46,509 nt of DNA, from the sequence record DRR723986_7414; one strand, 5' to 3'. Below are positions 9,958-19,705 of the stretch, piece by piece. A program made the position numbers and the translations under genes. The notes under the pieces are model-generated. The model was not told the DNA's origin. It saw nothing but the letters and a program-made list of their open reading frames with translations, and ran no database searches. Position 1 is the first letter of the stretch; every line of letters starts with the position of its first letter.

Positions 9958-11501
9958 CAGCGAACCTCAATGGCTTTGGTTCGAACTGGATGGTCCACAT
10001 AGGGCAGTTTGATTTTGGCGATCGGAAAATCTTCTGCAAAGTGGACATAGCCGTGTAAATCCCTAAGGTTCGAAATTTCCGAATCCATCACGACCAGCTC
10101 AGGTGCCTCAGCACGAACATGACGGCTTCGCCCACCTCGGTTCATCGTGATTTGCTCACGCTCGACTTGTTGTCGGCCCAAAATCTCGCTGGCCTTGTGC
10201 GCATTCAACGCATTGGATGCACCGAATATCAGGTAATTCCGAAAACAGGCCAACAGCGTTTTAGCAGCCTCGCGTCCATACACTTCGTCCAGTTGGGCCC
10301 AATCCTGAATGCTCCCAACAATTCTCAAACCATGCTTTCTGCCTTTGGTTGCAGCAGGAACGAATGACTCGAGTTTTCCCAACGACTCCAACTCGTCGAG
10401 GAACAACCAAAGACGCCCCCCGGTCATCGGCTCGTAACTCAATATCGTCGCGCAAATCGTATCAATCCAGGTTGCCACCAAAGGACGCTGGGCCGAACGC
10501 ATATCTTCACGCCAGGTAATGAACAGATTGCCCGCATTCGGATCGTGCACCCAGCGATAAAGACTGAATTCGCCATGCTTCATGAACCGCAAGGGCCGAA
10601 CGTACTTGTTCATCATGAACTGCACGCTAGCAATGGCTTTTTCAGCATTGTCCCGAAAGTAGCCCTGTGAATCGGTATTGGCCAGAAACTCCCTGATGGT
10701 TGCGCCATCTTCACGAATCAGCAAATCCACCAGTCTTTCTTGACTAGGCTCATTAATCTCAACCAACTTACGCATGGTGTCAGCCAAGACGTCTCGGGCG
10801 TAGGCGCACCACTGTTCATCGGAGGGATCCAATTGGGGTGGTATCACGCTTTTGGCCATGCGATCAAAATCATGAACCCCTCGAATCTCATTGAACAAAG
10901 ACCAACCCGCTGACCTCTTGTCAAAGGGATTCAACACCACATCACCGGGAAAGCAGAACTTCGAATAAAAGGTCCCATTGGGATCAATCACGGCCATCTT
11001 GTCTCGACGCTTCAGCGCACAACTGATCATGCTTTCCATGGCCACTGATTTGCCGGACCCCACCGACGCGCAAATCAGTGTGTTTCGATTCTCCAAGTGA
11101 ATCGGCATGGGAATGTCGCCAATCTTGATCGCGTCCAAGACTACCTGCCCTGCCCTCTTCCGCTTTTGATTCTCGATTCGATTGGCCAGCTCCACTTTGC
11201 GCTTCAACTGGTGAAAATTCACCAATCTTGATCCTCGCATCCAGCGACGATAAGGCGCGCCCCGAAACATGTCATCACACTGGGTGTTCATGTACCAGGT
11301 CAACGCTCCGGCTATCATCGCCCCGGCGATAAACCCTGCCAACATCCATGGATGATTTGGAGTTTCTTTGATCGCCTCCCCCAGAGCCTGAGGCATGGGT
11401 TGCATCGGCAATTGCTCGTAGCTCAAACCGAAGAACCAACCCATCGCGGGCAAGAGGATGAATGCAGCCAAGGTTGCATTTTCAATTTCACGACGTTGCA
11501 T
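9957..11501 (-). CDS. trwB: Type IV coupling protein (TrwB/TraD-like)
   Basis: Two N-terminal TMs, Walker A ASVGSGKS, DPNG, LNPFDKRS, FLDELESL, KGRKHG, QDWAQL; coupled to the relaxase gene. Confidence 0.95.
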   Translation of the reverse strand: MQRREIENATLAAFILLPAMGWFFGLSYEQLPMQPMPQALGEAIKETPNHPWMLAGFIAGAMIAGALTWYMNTQCDDMFRGAPYRRWMRGSRLVNFHQLKRKVELANRIENQKRKRAGQVVLDAIKIGDIPMPIHLENRNTLICASVGSGKSVAMESMISCALKRRDKMAVIDPNGTFYSKFCFPGDVVLNPFDKRSAGWSLFNEIRGVHDFDRMAKSVIPPQLDPSDEQWCAYARDVLADTMRKLVEINEPSQERLVDLLIREDGATIREFLANTDSQGYFRDNAEKAIASVQFMMNKYVRPLRFMKHGEFSLYRWVHDPNAGNLFITWREDMRSAQRPLVATWIDTICATILSYEPMTGGRLWLFLDELESLGKLESFVPAATKGRKHGLRIVGSIQDWAQLDEVYGREAAKTLLACFRNYLIFGASNALNAHKASEILGRQQVEREQITMNRGGRSRHVRAEAPELVVMDSEISNLRDLHGYVHFAEDFPIAKIKLPYVDHPVRTKAIEVR

Positions 11502-11546
11502 AGCGCATGCCCCAAAGTTGATTGGTATTCGGTGCCCGAGTCAGGT

Positions 11547-11948
11547 TCATTCAATCTCCTCAGAGAAGCGACGAATCACAGCACCCATCTCTCCGAGTGA
11601 TTCGAATACATCCTGTTCACTTTGAATCTTGGTAAACCTGCGAATCATTTCCAGCTTGGACGATGAACTCATCTCTCCAACCAAAGCACTCACCACAAAA
11701 GCCAACATTGCTTTCTCGAATGCTTGATCAGCGAGTAAAAGGTCCAGGCGAGTTGCCAAGTCCACATCCAGGTCCAGACTGGATGGACTGATACCAGGGC
11801 TCACTCGAAAGTCTCCTCGTGCGAACACCCGATCCTTGATGTAGGTCGAGAGATGTTTGTAACCGGCCACTGCAGCACCCTCCTCCAGGCTCTGACGTTC
11901 GGAAACTGAGAACCAAATCGGAATTGCGGACCCTTTTCTTGCTGTCAT
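11547..11948 (-). CDS. Relaxosome accessory protein, RHH-like (TrwA/MobC position)
   Basis: IPIWFSVSERQSL...A...GYKHLSTYIK resembles an RHH/MobC fold; lies between oriT and trwB; start taken at ATG 11948. Confidence 0.65.
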   Translation of the reverse strand: MTARKGSAIPIWFSVSERQSLEEGAAVAGYKHLSTYIKDRVFARGDFRVSPGISPSSLDLDVDLATRLDLLLADQAFEKAMLAFVVSALVGEMSSSSKLEMIRRFTKIQSEQDVFESLGEMGAVIRRFSEEIE

Positions 11949-12065
11949 TGCACCACTCACTTGTTCGCTATAGACCCAAAGCCAATATCCATGGGGCTTT
12001 GAAGCACTTTCATATTCCATTTGCGTCAGCACAATACTGACAAGGTGGTTGATTTGCTTGATGTT

Positions 12066-12110
12066 ACCGAAGGCGGTCAACCCCGATAGGGGTGCGTGAT
12101 GTGTATTGAG
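12066..12110 (+). other. oriT nick region (MOBF type); predicted nic between 12104 and 12105
   Basis: Hairpin ACCCC-GATA-GGGGT followed by GCGTGATGTGT^AT, matching R388 (TGCGTATTGTCT^AT) and IncN (TGCGTTAGGTGT^AT); second hairpin ACCG-AAGG-CGGT upstream. Confidence 0.8.
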
Positions 12111-12210
12111 GTTTTGAGACTGTTAAGGAGCAAAACCGAACCGGTGTTAAGGGCGTGAAAACCGCATAGGCCGTAGGCCGTAGCAGAACGGACCCAGTTT
12201 TTATCACCGA

Positions 12211-12285
12211 AGCTGCAAGTAGGTAGCATTTGGGATGCACATGGAGTGCACAAAGAATGCAATCGGAATGCAACTAGGATGCAAA
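12211..12285. repeat. 11-bp-period TGCA array, candidate StbA-binding stbDR sites
   Basis: TGCA at 12214, (AGCA 12225), 12236, 12247, 12258, 12269, 12280; minus strand reads YTGCAT, like R388 stbDRs. Confidence 0.75.
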
Positions 12286-12677
12286 ACAACAAATCAAACC
12301 CAGCAAAAATGCTTCATGAGATCGAGCCGAAGACCAAAGCGGCACGAATCAAATCCATGCACAGTTTGATCGAATCCAAGATCAAAGCCGGGGTACAGAT
12401 CGCACAGATTGTCGCCATTCTCAACGAGGCGGGTTTGGACATCAACGCGGTGACGTTGAAGAGTTATTTATATCGCCTTCGCCGAGGAAATCGAAGCGCC
12501 CTACCCCAACCCACCATCCCAATTAGCCCAACAGTCATTCCGTCGGAATCTTCCAGATCCACTGGATCAAGCACGATTCAAGACATCGATTCCATCATCC
12601 ACCAAGACCCAATCAGCCAGGCGAATGAGCTCGCGAAATACGAACGCCTGGCCAAATTCAACCGGAGAAAAACATGA
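12279..12677 (+). CDS. stbA: StbA-like DNA-binding stability protein (start uncertain: 12246, 12279 or 12309)
   Basis: IESKIKAGV..AQIVAILNEAGLDI...TLKSYLYRLR; first gene after oriT, overlaps stbB. Confidence 0.75.
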   Translation: MQNNKSNPAKMLHEIEPKTKAARIKSMHSLIESKIKAGVQIAQIVAILNEAGLDINAVTLKSYLYRLRRGNRSALPQPTIPISPTVIPSESSRSTGSSTIQDIDSIIHQDPISQANELAKYERLAKFNRRKT

Positions 12678-13384
12678 AAGTCGCAGTGATCAATTTCAGT
12701 GGCAATGTGGGCAAAACAACCATCGCACGCCAGCTCTTGGGCGCTCGCTTGGATGCCGATGAGTTCGCCGTAGAAACCATCAATTCTGGAGCATCTGATG
12801 AAAGCGTTAGAACCTCCAGAATCAAAGGCAAAGACTTTGGCGAGCTTCAAGAGGATCTGATGCTCATGGAATCAGCAATCGTGGATGTGGGTGCATCCAA
12901 TGCAGAAGACTTTGTAAAACTCATGGCCCAATTTTCGGGCAGCCATGAAGAATTCGACTACTTTATCGTACCTGTTGTGACTGAGAAAAAGCAGCAGGCC
13001 GACACCATCAACACCATCAAGACATTGGCCAAGTTGGGTGTACCGGCTAAAAAAATACGGGTTGTTTTCAATCGTGTCGATCCCGAAGACAGTCAGAATA
13101 TCGACTCTCAGTTTGCAGCAGTGATCGGTTTTCACCAAGCCGAAAAGCTTTTCACCTTGAACCGCGATGCGGTCATCTTCAACAATGAAATCTTTGATCG
13201 ACTGCGGCAACTTAAGAAAACCGTCTCTGACATTGTGAGTGATTCAACCGACTACCGGTCCATGCTGAGAGAAGCAAAGTCAGAAGACGATAAACACTTC
13301 GCTGTATCGATGGTCTCTGCTCAACGGCTGGCCAAGAGTGCCAATGAGAACCTCGATCGAACATTCAAAGCAATATTCAGATAA
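12674..13384 (+). CDS. stbB: StbB ATPase
   Basis: MKVAVINFSGNVGKTT, AVETIN, IVDVGASN, GSHEEFDYFIVP, KQQADT. Confidence 0.9.
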   Translation: MKVAVINFSGNVGKTTIARQLLGARLDADEFAVETINSGASDESVRTSRIKGKDFGELQEDLMLMESAIVDVGASNAEDFVKLMAQFSGSHEEFDYFIVPVVTEKKQQADTINTIKTLAKLGVPAKKIRVVFNRVDPEDSQNIDSQFAAVIGFHQAEKLFTLNRDAVIFNNEIFDRLRQLKKTVSDIVSDSTDYRSMLREAKSEDDKHFAVSMVSAQRLAKSANENLDRTFKAIFR

Positions 13385-13393
13385 GAGACCCAC

Positions 13394-13771
13394 GTGTCAG
13401 ACAAACAACTTTCAACTACCAGGGAAGCGTTGATGGCAGAACTGCTCATTGACGTGGATCGCTTGCTCAACAAGGTGAGTGAGCTTGACCAGACCCTGGG
13501 GGAAACCATCGAGAAATCCACCAGAGAGGCGGCCAACAAGGGATATTTGACCGCCTCGCTACAGATTAAAAGGCTCACCGAAGATTTGGAATTTAAGATT
13601 GAATCGGCCAGCCAAAAAGCACACTCTTTCCAAGCTCACGACCGTACAAAAAAATCGGAAAGGAAACAACTATTCAATGCAGAATCAGGACTGATCAAAC
13701 TATTCGCCATCTGTTTGACCGGTGGATTAATCGGCACAATACTTGGTCAGACTATTCTCCAGGCACTTTAA
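13394..13771 (+). CDS. stbC: StbC-like protein with C-terminal TM
   Basis: Third gene of the stb operon; REALMAELL.D.D.LL start, coiled coil, hydrophobic C-terminus. Confidence 0.6.
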   Translation: MSDKQLSTTREALMAELLIDVDRLLNKVSELDQTLGETIEKSTREAANKGYLTASLQIKRLTEDLEFKIESASQKAHSFQAHDRTKKSERKQLFNAESGLIKLFAICLTGGLIGTILGQTILQAL

Positions 13772-13788
13772 TTCAGCATCGCTGCCGG

Positions 13789-13811
13789 GTGTTTATAGTA
13801 TAAACACCGCG
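13789..13811. repeat. 23-bp repeat with palindromic core, copy 1
   Basis: GTGTTTATA-G-TATAAACAC-CGCG; identical to 15398-15420. Confidence 0.9.
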
Positions 13812-13954
13812 TACCCTCTCACTCTTGGGCGGGCCTTGTGCCTATCACCATGTCTTGTCGCACCCAAAGCGCAGTATTCCACAACACTTTAAACAACCCA
13901 TTGAACCAATTTACAACTATCATCAATGATTGTTTTTTATCTAATTAAATTATT

Positions 13955-13974
13955 CATATTCAATATGTTAGAAT
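13955..13974 (+). promoter_or_regulatory. Extended -10 promoter with overlapping palindrome upstream of the TA operon
   Basis: CATATT-C-AATATG palindrome abutting TG-t-TAGAAT. Confidence 0.45.
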
Positions 13975-14005
13975 AGAGAAGTTAAAAGGTGTCCTTAGAG
14001 AAACA

Positions 14006-14407
14006 ATGAAGACTGTTGAACGAATTGAGCGCTCTGTGTCGTTGAAGAAAAGCGACGTACTGCTACGTGCCGAATACGATTCGTTCGGCAGCGAGGCTCA
14101 GGTGTCCCGTGCCCTGAAAGAATTGGTTGAACGTGGCAAGTTGGTCAAACTGGGGCGCGGTGTGTACGCCAAGGCCAAACCCAGTGTACTCACTGGCAAG
14201 GCGATCCCCATTAGACCGCTTGAAAGCTTGGCACCCGAAGCATTGAAGAAACTGGGTATTCAGACCACGCAAACTCAACAGGTCGAAGACTACAACAGTG
14301 GAAAATCCACCCAAATTCCAGCGGGTATTGTCTTCAAAGTGGCACGTCGACGCATCACCCGCAAGCTGGGTTTCAATGGCAAAACCGTGAAGTTTGAATT
14401 GGCATGA
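14006..14407 (+). CDS. Type IV TA antitoxin, wHTH (AbiEi/DUF6088-like)
   Basis: SEAQVSRALKELVERGKLVKLGRGVYAK motif; ATGA overlap with the toxin gene. Confidence 0.85.
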   Translation: MKTVERIERSVSLKKSDVLLRAEYDSFGSEAQVSRALKELVERGKLVKLGRGVYAKAKPSVLTGKAIPIRPLESLAPEALKKLGIQTTQTQQVEDYNSGKSTQIPAGIVFKVARRRITRKLGFNGKTVKFELA

Positions 14408-15372
14408 GATCGCTTTCCCCTGAACAAAAGGAGCTGATCGAAGCCCTCGTTGCGGAGTATGACCCCAGATACCCAGACATCACACCTGGCCTTCTTGAGA
14501 AAGACGAACACCTGACGGCAGCACTGCGAGCGTTGTTCAATCTGTCCATGCCAGGGGCGACCTTGGTGTTCTGTGGAGGCACGAGTCTGTCGAAGGCTTA
14601 CCGACTCATTGATCGCATGTCTGAAGATGCAGACCTTAAAATCGTCCTGTCAGCCGACAGTGTGTCCCAATCAAAGAATCAACAGCAAAAGCAACTCAGC
14701 AAGCTAAAAGAGCTTGTTTCAAATGAACTGACCAAAGAGGGATTCTCAATCAGTCATTTGTCGGCACAAAACGAGAATCGCTACATCCGGATCGATCTGG
14801 AGTATGCGCGAGCCTATCCAACAGCAGCAGGGCTCAGGCCCCATTTGCAAATTGAACTGACGACAAAGCCCATTCGCCTGGATACGCAGACCCTTAACTT
14901 GAATTCCTTGACCAGGCAACTCCTGAACATGGAGGAGGGTGGTTTCGAAGTCCCGGTGTTGTCGCTCCCTGAAACTCTTGCCGAAAAGATCCTTTCATTT
15001 CTCCGCCGATTTGCGCAGTATCGCGCTGGGTCTTTGAAGCACGAATGGGATCAAGCCCTGGTTCGCCACATCTACGACACCCATTGCATTGTTCAACACG
15101 CCCCAAGTTCAGCAGCTGAAGCTCGATCAATTTTTCACGCAATGATCGAAGATGAAAAAATGGATTGGGCGAATCAATTTCCAGAGTTTGCCCAAGACGC
15201 GCACACCGTACTGTTGAATTCTCTCGAAGCTGCTGATCAAGATGCGCAAGTGAAGCGTGAGTATCAGAACAACCTGTTGCCATTGATTTACGGCAGCGTG
15301 AAACCCAATTTCGAAGTGGCATTCCGTGACTTCAAGCAAACCAGTCAATATCTGCTGGATTCCTTGGTTTAA
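14404..15372 (+). CDS. AbiEii/AbiGii-family nucleotidyltransferase toxin
   Basis: LEKD, FCGGTSLSKAY.LIDRMSEDADL, TLAEKI, RHIYD. Confidence 0.92.
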   Translation: MRSLSPEQKELIEALVAEYDPRYPDITPGLLEKDEHLTAALRALFNLSMPGATLVFCGGTSLSKAYRLIDRMSEDADLKIVLSADSVSQSKNQQQKQLSKLKELVSNELTKEGFSISHLSAQNENRYIRIDLEYARAYPTAAGLRPHLQIELTTKPIRLDTQTLNLNSLTRQLLNMEEGGFEVPVLSLPETLAEKILSFLRRFAQYRAGSLKHEWDQALVRHIYDTHCIVQHAPSSAAEARSIFHAMIEDEKMDWANQFPEFAQDAHTVLLNSLEAADQDAQVKREYQNNLLPLIYGSVKPNFEVAFRDFKQTSQYLLDSLV

Positions 15373-15397
15373 ATCAATCGAACAGGAAGCGACCTGA

Positions 15398-15420
15398 GTG
15401 TTTATAGTATAAACACCGCG
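15398..15420. repeat. 23-bp repeat with palindromic core, copy 2 (parS candidate)
   Basis: Identical to 13789-13811; ~80 bp downstream of parB. Confidence 0.9.
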
Positions 15421-15448
15421 GATTTCCTGCCTCTCGGGTCAATACAAT

Positions 15449-15481
15449 AAAAAAGCCCCGAGTCCAGAAAGGTCGGGGCTT
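15449..15481 (-). terminator. Rho-independent terminator of parAB
   Basis: AAGCCCCGA...TCGGGGCTT stem with a T-tract on the minus strand. Confidence 0.8.
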
Positions 15482-15498
15482 GGTCGCAGAAGCAAAAT

Positions 15499-16527
15499 CT
15501 AGGACTGTTTGGACGCTTGATACTGCTTTAAAAACAATGACGCCTCTTCTTCGTTTTCAAAGCTCAGCACCACACTGTTTTTACGACGATTGACCTCAGT
15601 CAAAGACCAACCCCTCAAATCAACCTTGCGCTTCACAGCTTCAACCTTCGCCTTCGGGCTAGCATTGGATTGTGCGGATACAAAACCATTTAACGCCTGC
15701 TGCCAGGTCTTTGCCGCAGAATCTTCACCCGCATCCTTGGCGAGATCATTTGAACCGGCCAGAGTAGGGGACAGGCTGACAATTGCCGAGGAAGTGTTAT
15801 CGATCATGCTCAACGCGGAGTCGGTGACCTTTGACAGCGCTGTACCTTTGACCTCTGAAAACAACTTCACAAAACTCTTCAGTGCATTGGATCCCACTCG
15901 GACCCTTGCACGTTTCATCGCGACGACAACCTGGGCAGGCAACTGCTCCATCGACAAGACCTGTGAAATATATGCAGGGCTAAATCCGGTCTCTGTGGCC
16001 AACTGACGAACAGATTTCGGCTCACCTTCACCGGCTTTCAAAATACGAAGCCCCTCGAAAATCTCAGCGATTCCCAACTCCGGCTGCAGTAAGTTAGAAA
16101 TGAAAGCAGCCTTCGCCCCATCGTCTTTCAGATCAATGACATTAACTGGAACAGCGGTGTGGCCCAATTCCTTCATAGCTTGCAATCGGTTATGCCCAGC
16201 AACCGCCATGTAAGTGAACTTCGGGTCGTCCGATTTTCGAACTGTGATTGGATTGAACAAACCATCAGCCTCGATACTCGACTTTAGACGCTGAAACTCC
16301 GCTGGCGACAACGCACGTTTGTTGCTGGGCTCAATACCAATAGCGGCAATGTCCACCTTTTGTTGTCCACTGTCCGTGCCCAAAACTCCCATGGCCTTGT
16401 TCAACACGTCCATGCCACTCAGGGGCTTCACGGGTTTGGCCGGAGTTGGAGGGGTAGGGGAGGGCGCAGTCGGAAGATCGTCATCCAAAAAGCGGCTCAT
16501 CATGCCTTTTTTCGTCTTGTTATTCAT
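15499..16527 (-). CDS. parB: ParB family partition protein
   Basis: LKSSIEADGLFNPITVR, VAGHNRLQA (GxxR), HTH SVRQLATETGFSPAYISQVL. Confidence 0.9.
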   Translation of the reverse strand: MNNKTKKGMMSRFLDDDLPTAPSPTPPTPAKPVKPLSGMDVLNKAMGVLGTDSGQQKVDIAAIGIEPSNKRALSPAEFQRLKSSIEADGLFNPITVRKSDDPKFTYMAVAGHNRLQAMKELGHTAVPVNVIDLKDDGAKAAFISNLLQPELGIAEIFEGLRILKAGEGEPKSVRQLATETGFSPAYISQVLSMEQLPAQVVVAMKRARVRVGSNALKSFVKLFSEVKGTALSKVTDSALSMIDNTSSAIVSLSPTLAGSNDLAKDAGEDSAAKTWQQALNGFVSAQSNASPKAKVEAVKRKVDLRGWSLTEVNRRKNSVVLSFENEEEASLFLKQYQASKQS

Positions 16528-17755
16528 TGTTCATCTCCCAATCTTTTCCCCAAGCACGAATCAATTGAAGATCCACATGATCGACCAGTTCGTCCATGCG
16601 GTCTTTGTATTTGCGAAAAGCAGCATTGGAACCAATGGCTTTGGTCTGGTCATACACCGTCATCAAACCAAAAGAAAAATTATCAACCGCTGCCGATTCA
16701 GGAATGCTGATCGTGGTTAGATGTTCGCCAAATGCTTTCGCCATCCACCCCGTAATCAAAGTGCTCATTTCCTTGGGCTTGACTCGGCTCGGTACCACAC
16801 TGATGAAATCGAACTTTTTGTCTTTCACCGCAGGAATACCATCCTCGGCCACGTCGTTCTCGGCCTGGGCTGGGGTGGATCCCAAAATCCCTTCGAACAT
16901 CTGATACACCAAACGCCAAAACTGGGTTGAGCTCGCAAAATCCACGGAGTTGGGCGGAATCGGCATGATGATGCCGTCTGCGCTAAAAATCATGTTGAAC
17001 GTGAGGTAATTCAAGGAAGGAGGGCAATCGATGATGATCGCGTCATAATCCTTCGCCAAATCCATCAAGCCTCGGTGCATCGCAGCCCAGAACTTGAAAC
17101 TGCGGTCCTTAGAATATTTGGCTGGCAAATAAAAATCCGCACCATAAAGAGAAATATTGGCGGGAATAAGATCCAGATTCTCCCAGTAGGTTTTTTTCAC
17201 CGCATAACGAAGGTCCGGCTGATCGCCATACAAATAAGGCATCACAGTCGATTCATCATCAATATCCACATCAGGCGCCAAACCGGCAAGCTGAGTCAAA
17301 GTGCCCTGTGGGTCAGCGTCCAGCAACAATACTTTCCGAGCACCCCTCAAGGTCAAACCTTGGGCGATACAAAAAGAACTGGTGGTCTTCCCGGTACCGC
17401 CTTTGAACACCGTAGTACAAATAATGCGTCCACGCTCACCGTCAGGTCGTCTTGGCCGAGGATTGAATTTCTGGACATAAGCCAATGTTTCAGCCAAAGT
17501 GAAATGACGGGCATTGGATCCTTCTGGAATTTCACCTTCAGGTAAGCTGTTGCCATCTTTAGCCGCCAGTTGATTGATCCGGCGACGATCCAGGTTCAAC
17601 AAATTGGCCAAGTGTGCGGAGCTGAAAGAGGGCGCTTGTTTGCGAGGTTCAGGTTCCAACAGTTTGGTTCGTACCGCATCCAGAACCTGTGAACTAGACA
17701 CACTGAGCTCACCAATGTGTTCGAGGTCGTAATTGGTAATAGTTGACTTGGCCAT
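16520..17755 (-). CDS. parA: Type Ia ParA ATPase with N-terminal HTH
   Basis: KGGTGKTT, DADPQGTLT, LDLIPAN, IIDCPPSL; ~110-aa N-terminal extension. Confidence 0.93.
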   Translation of the reverse strand: MAKSTITNYDLEHIGELSVSSSQVLDAVRTKLLEPEPRKQAPSFSSAHLANLLNLDRRRINQLAAKDGNSLPEGEIPEGSNARHFTLAETLAYVQKFNPRPRRPDGERGRIICTTVFKGGTGKTTSSFCIAQGLTLRGARKVLLLDADPQGTLTQLAGLAPDVDIDDESTVMPYLYGDQPDLRYAVKKTYWENLDLIPANISLYGADFYLPAKYSKDRSFKFWAAMHRGLMDLAKDYDAIIIDCPPSLNYLTFNMIFSADGIIMPIPPNSVDFASSTQFWRLVYQMFEGILGSTPAQAENDVAEDGIPAVKDKKFDFISVVPSRVKPKEMSTLITGWMAKAFGEHLTTISIPESAAVDNFSFGLMTVYDQTKAIGSNAAFRKYKDRMDELVDHVDLQLIRAWGKDWEMNNE

Positions 17756-17787
17756 AAACAATCCTGAGTTTGATACCCTTCATTTTA

Positions 17788-17819
17788 CCCGTTTTTTCGA
17801 CATCGACGTAAAAAACGGG
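17788..17819. promoter_or_regulatory. Inverted repeat upstream of parA, candidate ParA autoregulatory operator
   Basis: CCCGTTTTTT-N12-AAAAAACGGG. Confidence 0.6.
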
Positions 17820-18016
17820 AAATTCTCAAGGAATGAGATTGCGCCTGAACTATTAGAAGCCACTCGATTTTTCGAAGATACAGTGCTCGAAAGTCACCTA
17901 ATTTGCATAAAAAATCGATTTGATCCTCATTCTGGATGATTCAAACGTTTTCTGGAGGCCTTTGTTTTGAATCTGACTGCAATTGAATTTACAGCAAACA
18001 CCCAGAATTTTTGGAC

Positions 18017-18643
18017 TGTGGGTGATGTAACGAAAAATGCAGATCCAAAGTCACCTGTCCTTTTTGGATTTAACAATTGTGTTTTTCAATAGAAATATGC
18101 TATCGACCGTTTGAATTTTAAATGTCTTGGGTTGAAGATTTAACACTTTGAGAGCCACCGACCTGCTGAACGGGTTTTTTATCGCGTCTGGACAAGCACG
18201 ATTGTCGGCCAGTGAGCTTCAGGCTTGCCTGACAGCGAACGGTAGCCCGATGCGCGATGAGCAAGAGGCTTGACTCGCAGCGAATCCGCATCCAGCGATG
18301 TTTTTTTCAGAACAGGTGAACCTTGAGTCACCCTATGTTATAGAAAGAGTTATAAATCGTTACAGTTTACAAATCAGTTTTAAGTTGTTGTTTCAGAAAG
18401 CGCTTTTTGAATTCGTTGTGGGTGATGTAACGATGGTTTGTGGGTGATGTACCGTGTAGTTTGTGGGTGATACCCCGTTTGTTTATCCTCGGTCGCATTG
18501 GGTTGCTTAAATTTTAAGCATTGTTACGGTGTGGATAACCGCTTAGAACCCTTTGCTAGCCTAGCTTTCTAGTTTTGTGGGTGGGTGATATACCGTGTGT
18601 ACCGTGGGTGATGTAACGACGTCATTTGTGGGTGATATACCGA
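18017..18643 (+). repeat. Replication origin iterons (7 copies, ~17 bp)
   Basis: (T)GTGGGTGAT(G/A)TA(A/C)CG at ~18017, 18417, 18439, 18462, 18580, 18603, 18627; two triplets with 22-24 bp period; AT-rich tract ~18335-18410. Confidence 0.9.
18530..18538 (-). promoter_or_regulatory. DnaA box in oriV
   Basis: TGTGGATAA, reverse complement of consensus TTATCCACA, between the iteron triplets. Confidence 0.8.
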
Positions 18644-18658
18644 TATCTGGACACAATT

Positions 18659-19705
18659 TCACGAGAGTAGGCCCAAAAGCCGGTTTTTGTCTTTGGGTAG
18701 AAAAGTGACGTTGTCTCGATCATCCAAGGTGAAGAAAAAGTTGGGCAGGGCGTTGTCCTTGGCAATTTCTTTGATCATTCGGCGGAATTCGCGCAGTTCA
18801 GCTTGGCTGCCACATTTTTCACGGAGCAATTCGAGGCCAATCTTCCAGCCGGACTGTTTGCCTACATGCTTGCGAGCGATCTCGTAAAGACGCTTCTCAA
18901 GAGGTTTCCTGAGCTGGAAGTACGCTGAGTCGATGGTCAGGACTTCAAAGGCCTGTATCGCGTTGTAGAGCCATTTGGACAGGGTGACTTCTACAGCGAC
19001 CATCACGGATTTGTTGGGTGCTTTTTCAACAATCTTCCAGCTGTCCAGAATGCCGAATGACTCCTTGATCCGCTCACCTCCGGTCCGTATGTCAGTTTTG
19101 ATGCGGGTGCCAGACAATCTCTCCAAGCTTTCTTCGAGTCGCTTGTATTCTTTCCCGCCAGTGCTTTTGTTGGTTTTGACCAGGTAGTCGTAGACACAGA
19201 AGCGAATTGTGCGTCCCTTCGCATCTGGCCGCTCCAGATTCAGACCCTCGGTCATCTGAGAGACCAGAAAGATCAAAATGTCCTTGTCATGCTGCGTCGC
19301 GCGACCTTTGACGCTGGGCGTCACTTCAAGCGATTTGTTCCCGTCTTTGCTGACCCACTTCCACACGCGAAGGTCTGGCTTTGTGGCTAACGAGAAAATA
19401 GGGGCTTCCATTGAAGCGCCATCGTCTTTCAAAGCGTAATCCAGCAGATCCGCGACGAACAAATCCCCGTTCGGGTGTTCCAGATCGTGCAAATTGGACC
19501 GACGCAGCCGTCCACCAATGCGCATCAAAGCATTGTCTTCAACAGCCTCTACCGCCGTGGAAGGATCAACCTCTTTAACTTCTCCGGCCTCAGCTTTCAT
19601 TCGAGCAGCCTCAGCCAAGCGTTTGATACGCTCTGGGATGATGGGCTTGCTGACACGCTGGGGCATCTCAGAAAACAGTTCAGGCTGTGACTCTGGCTTG
19701 GTCAT
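18659..19705 (-). CDS. repA: Replication initiator protein, RPA family
   Basis: KDD.ASMEAPIFSLA, VTPSVKGRATQHDKDILIFL.SQ, YFQLRKPLEKRLYEIARKH; adjacent to iterons. Confidence 0.9.
   Translation of the reverse strand: MTKPESQPELFSEMPQRVSKPIIPERIKRLAEAARMKAEAGEVKEVDPSTAVEAVEDNALMRIGGRLRRSNLHDLEHPNGDLFVADLLDYALKDDGASMEAPIFSLATKPDLRVWKWVSKDGNKSLEVTPSVKGRATQHDKDILIFLVSQMTEGLNLERPDAKGRTIRFCVYDYLVKTNKSTGGKEYKRLEESLERLSGTRIKTDIRTGGERIKESFGILDSWKIVEKAPNKSVMVAVEVTLSKWLYNAIQAFEVLTIDSAYFQLRKPLEKRLYEIARKHVGKQSGWKIGLELLREKCGSQAELREFRRMIKEIAKDNALPNFFFTLDDRDNVTFLPKDKNRLLGLLS

Noticed and set aside
7323-10455. Numerous short ORFs inside the relaxase and coupling genes
   Set aside because: Alternative-frame or antisense shadows of long conserved genes.
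11949-12080. N-terminal extension of the relaxosome accessory ORF
   Set aside because: Runs into oriT from a TTG; ATG 11948 gives a typical size.
18417-18643. Short repeats as a CRISPR array
   Set aside because: Repeats are ~17 bp with only 5-7 bp between them, lie next to rep and a DnaA box, and there are no cas genes; these are iterons.
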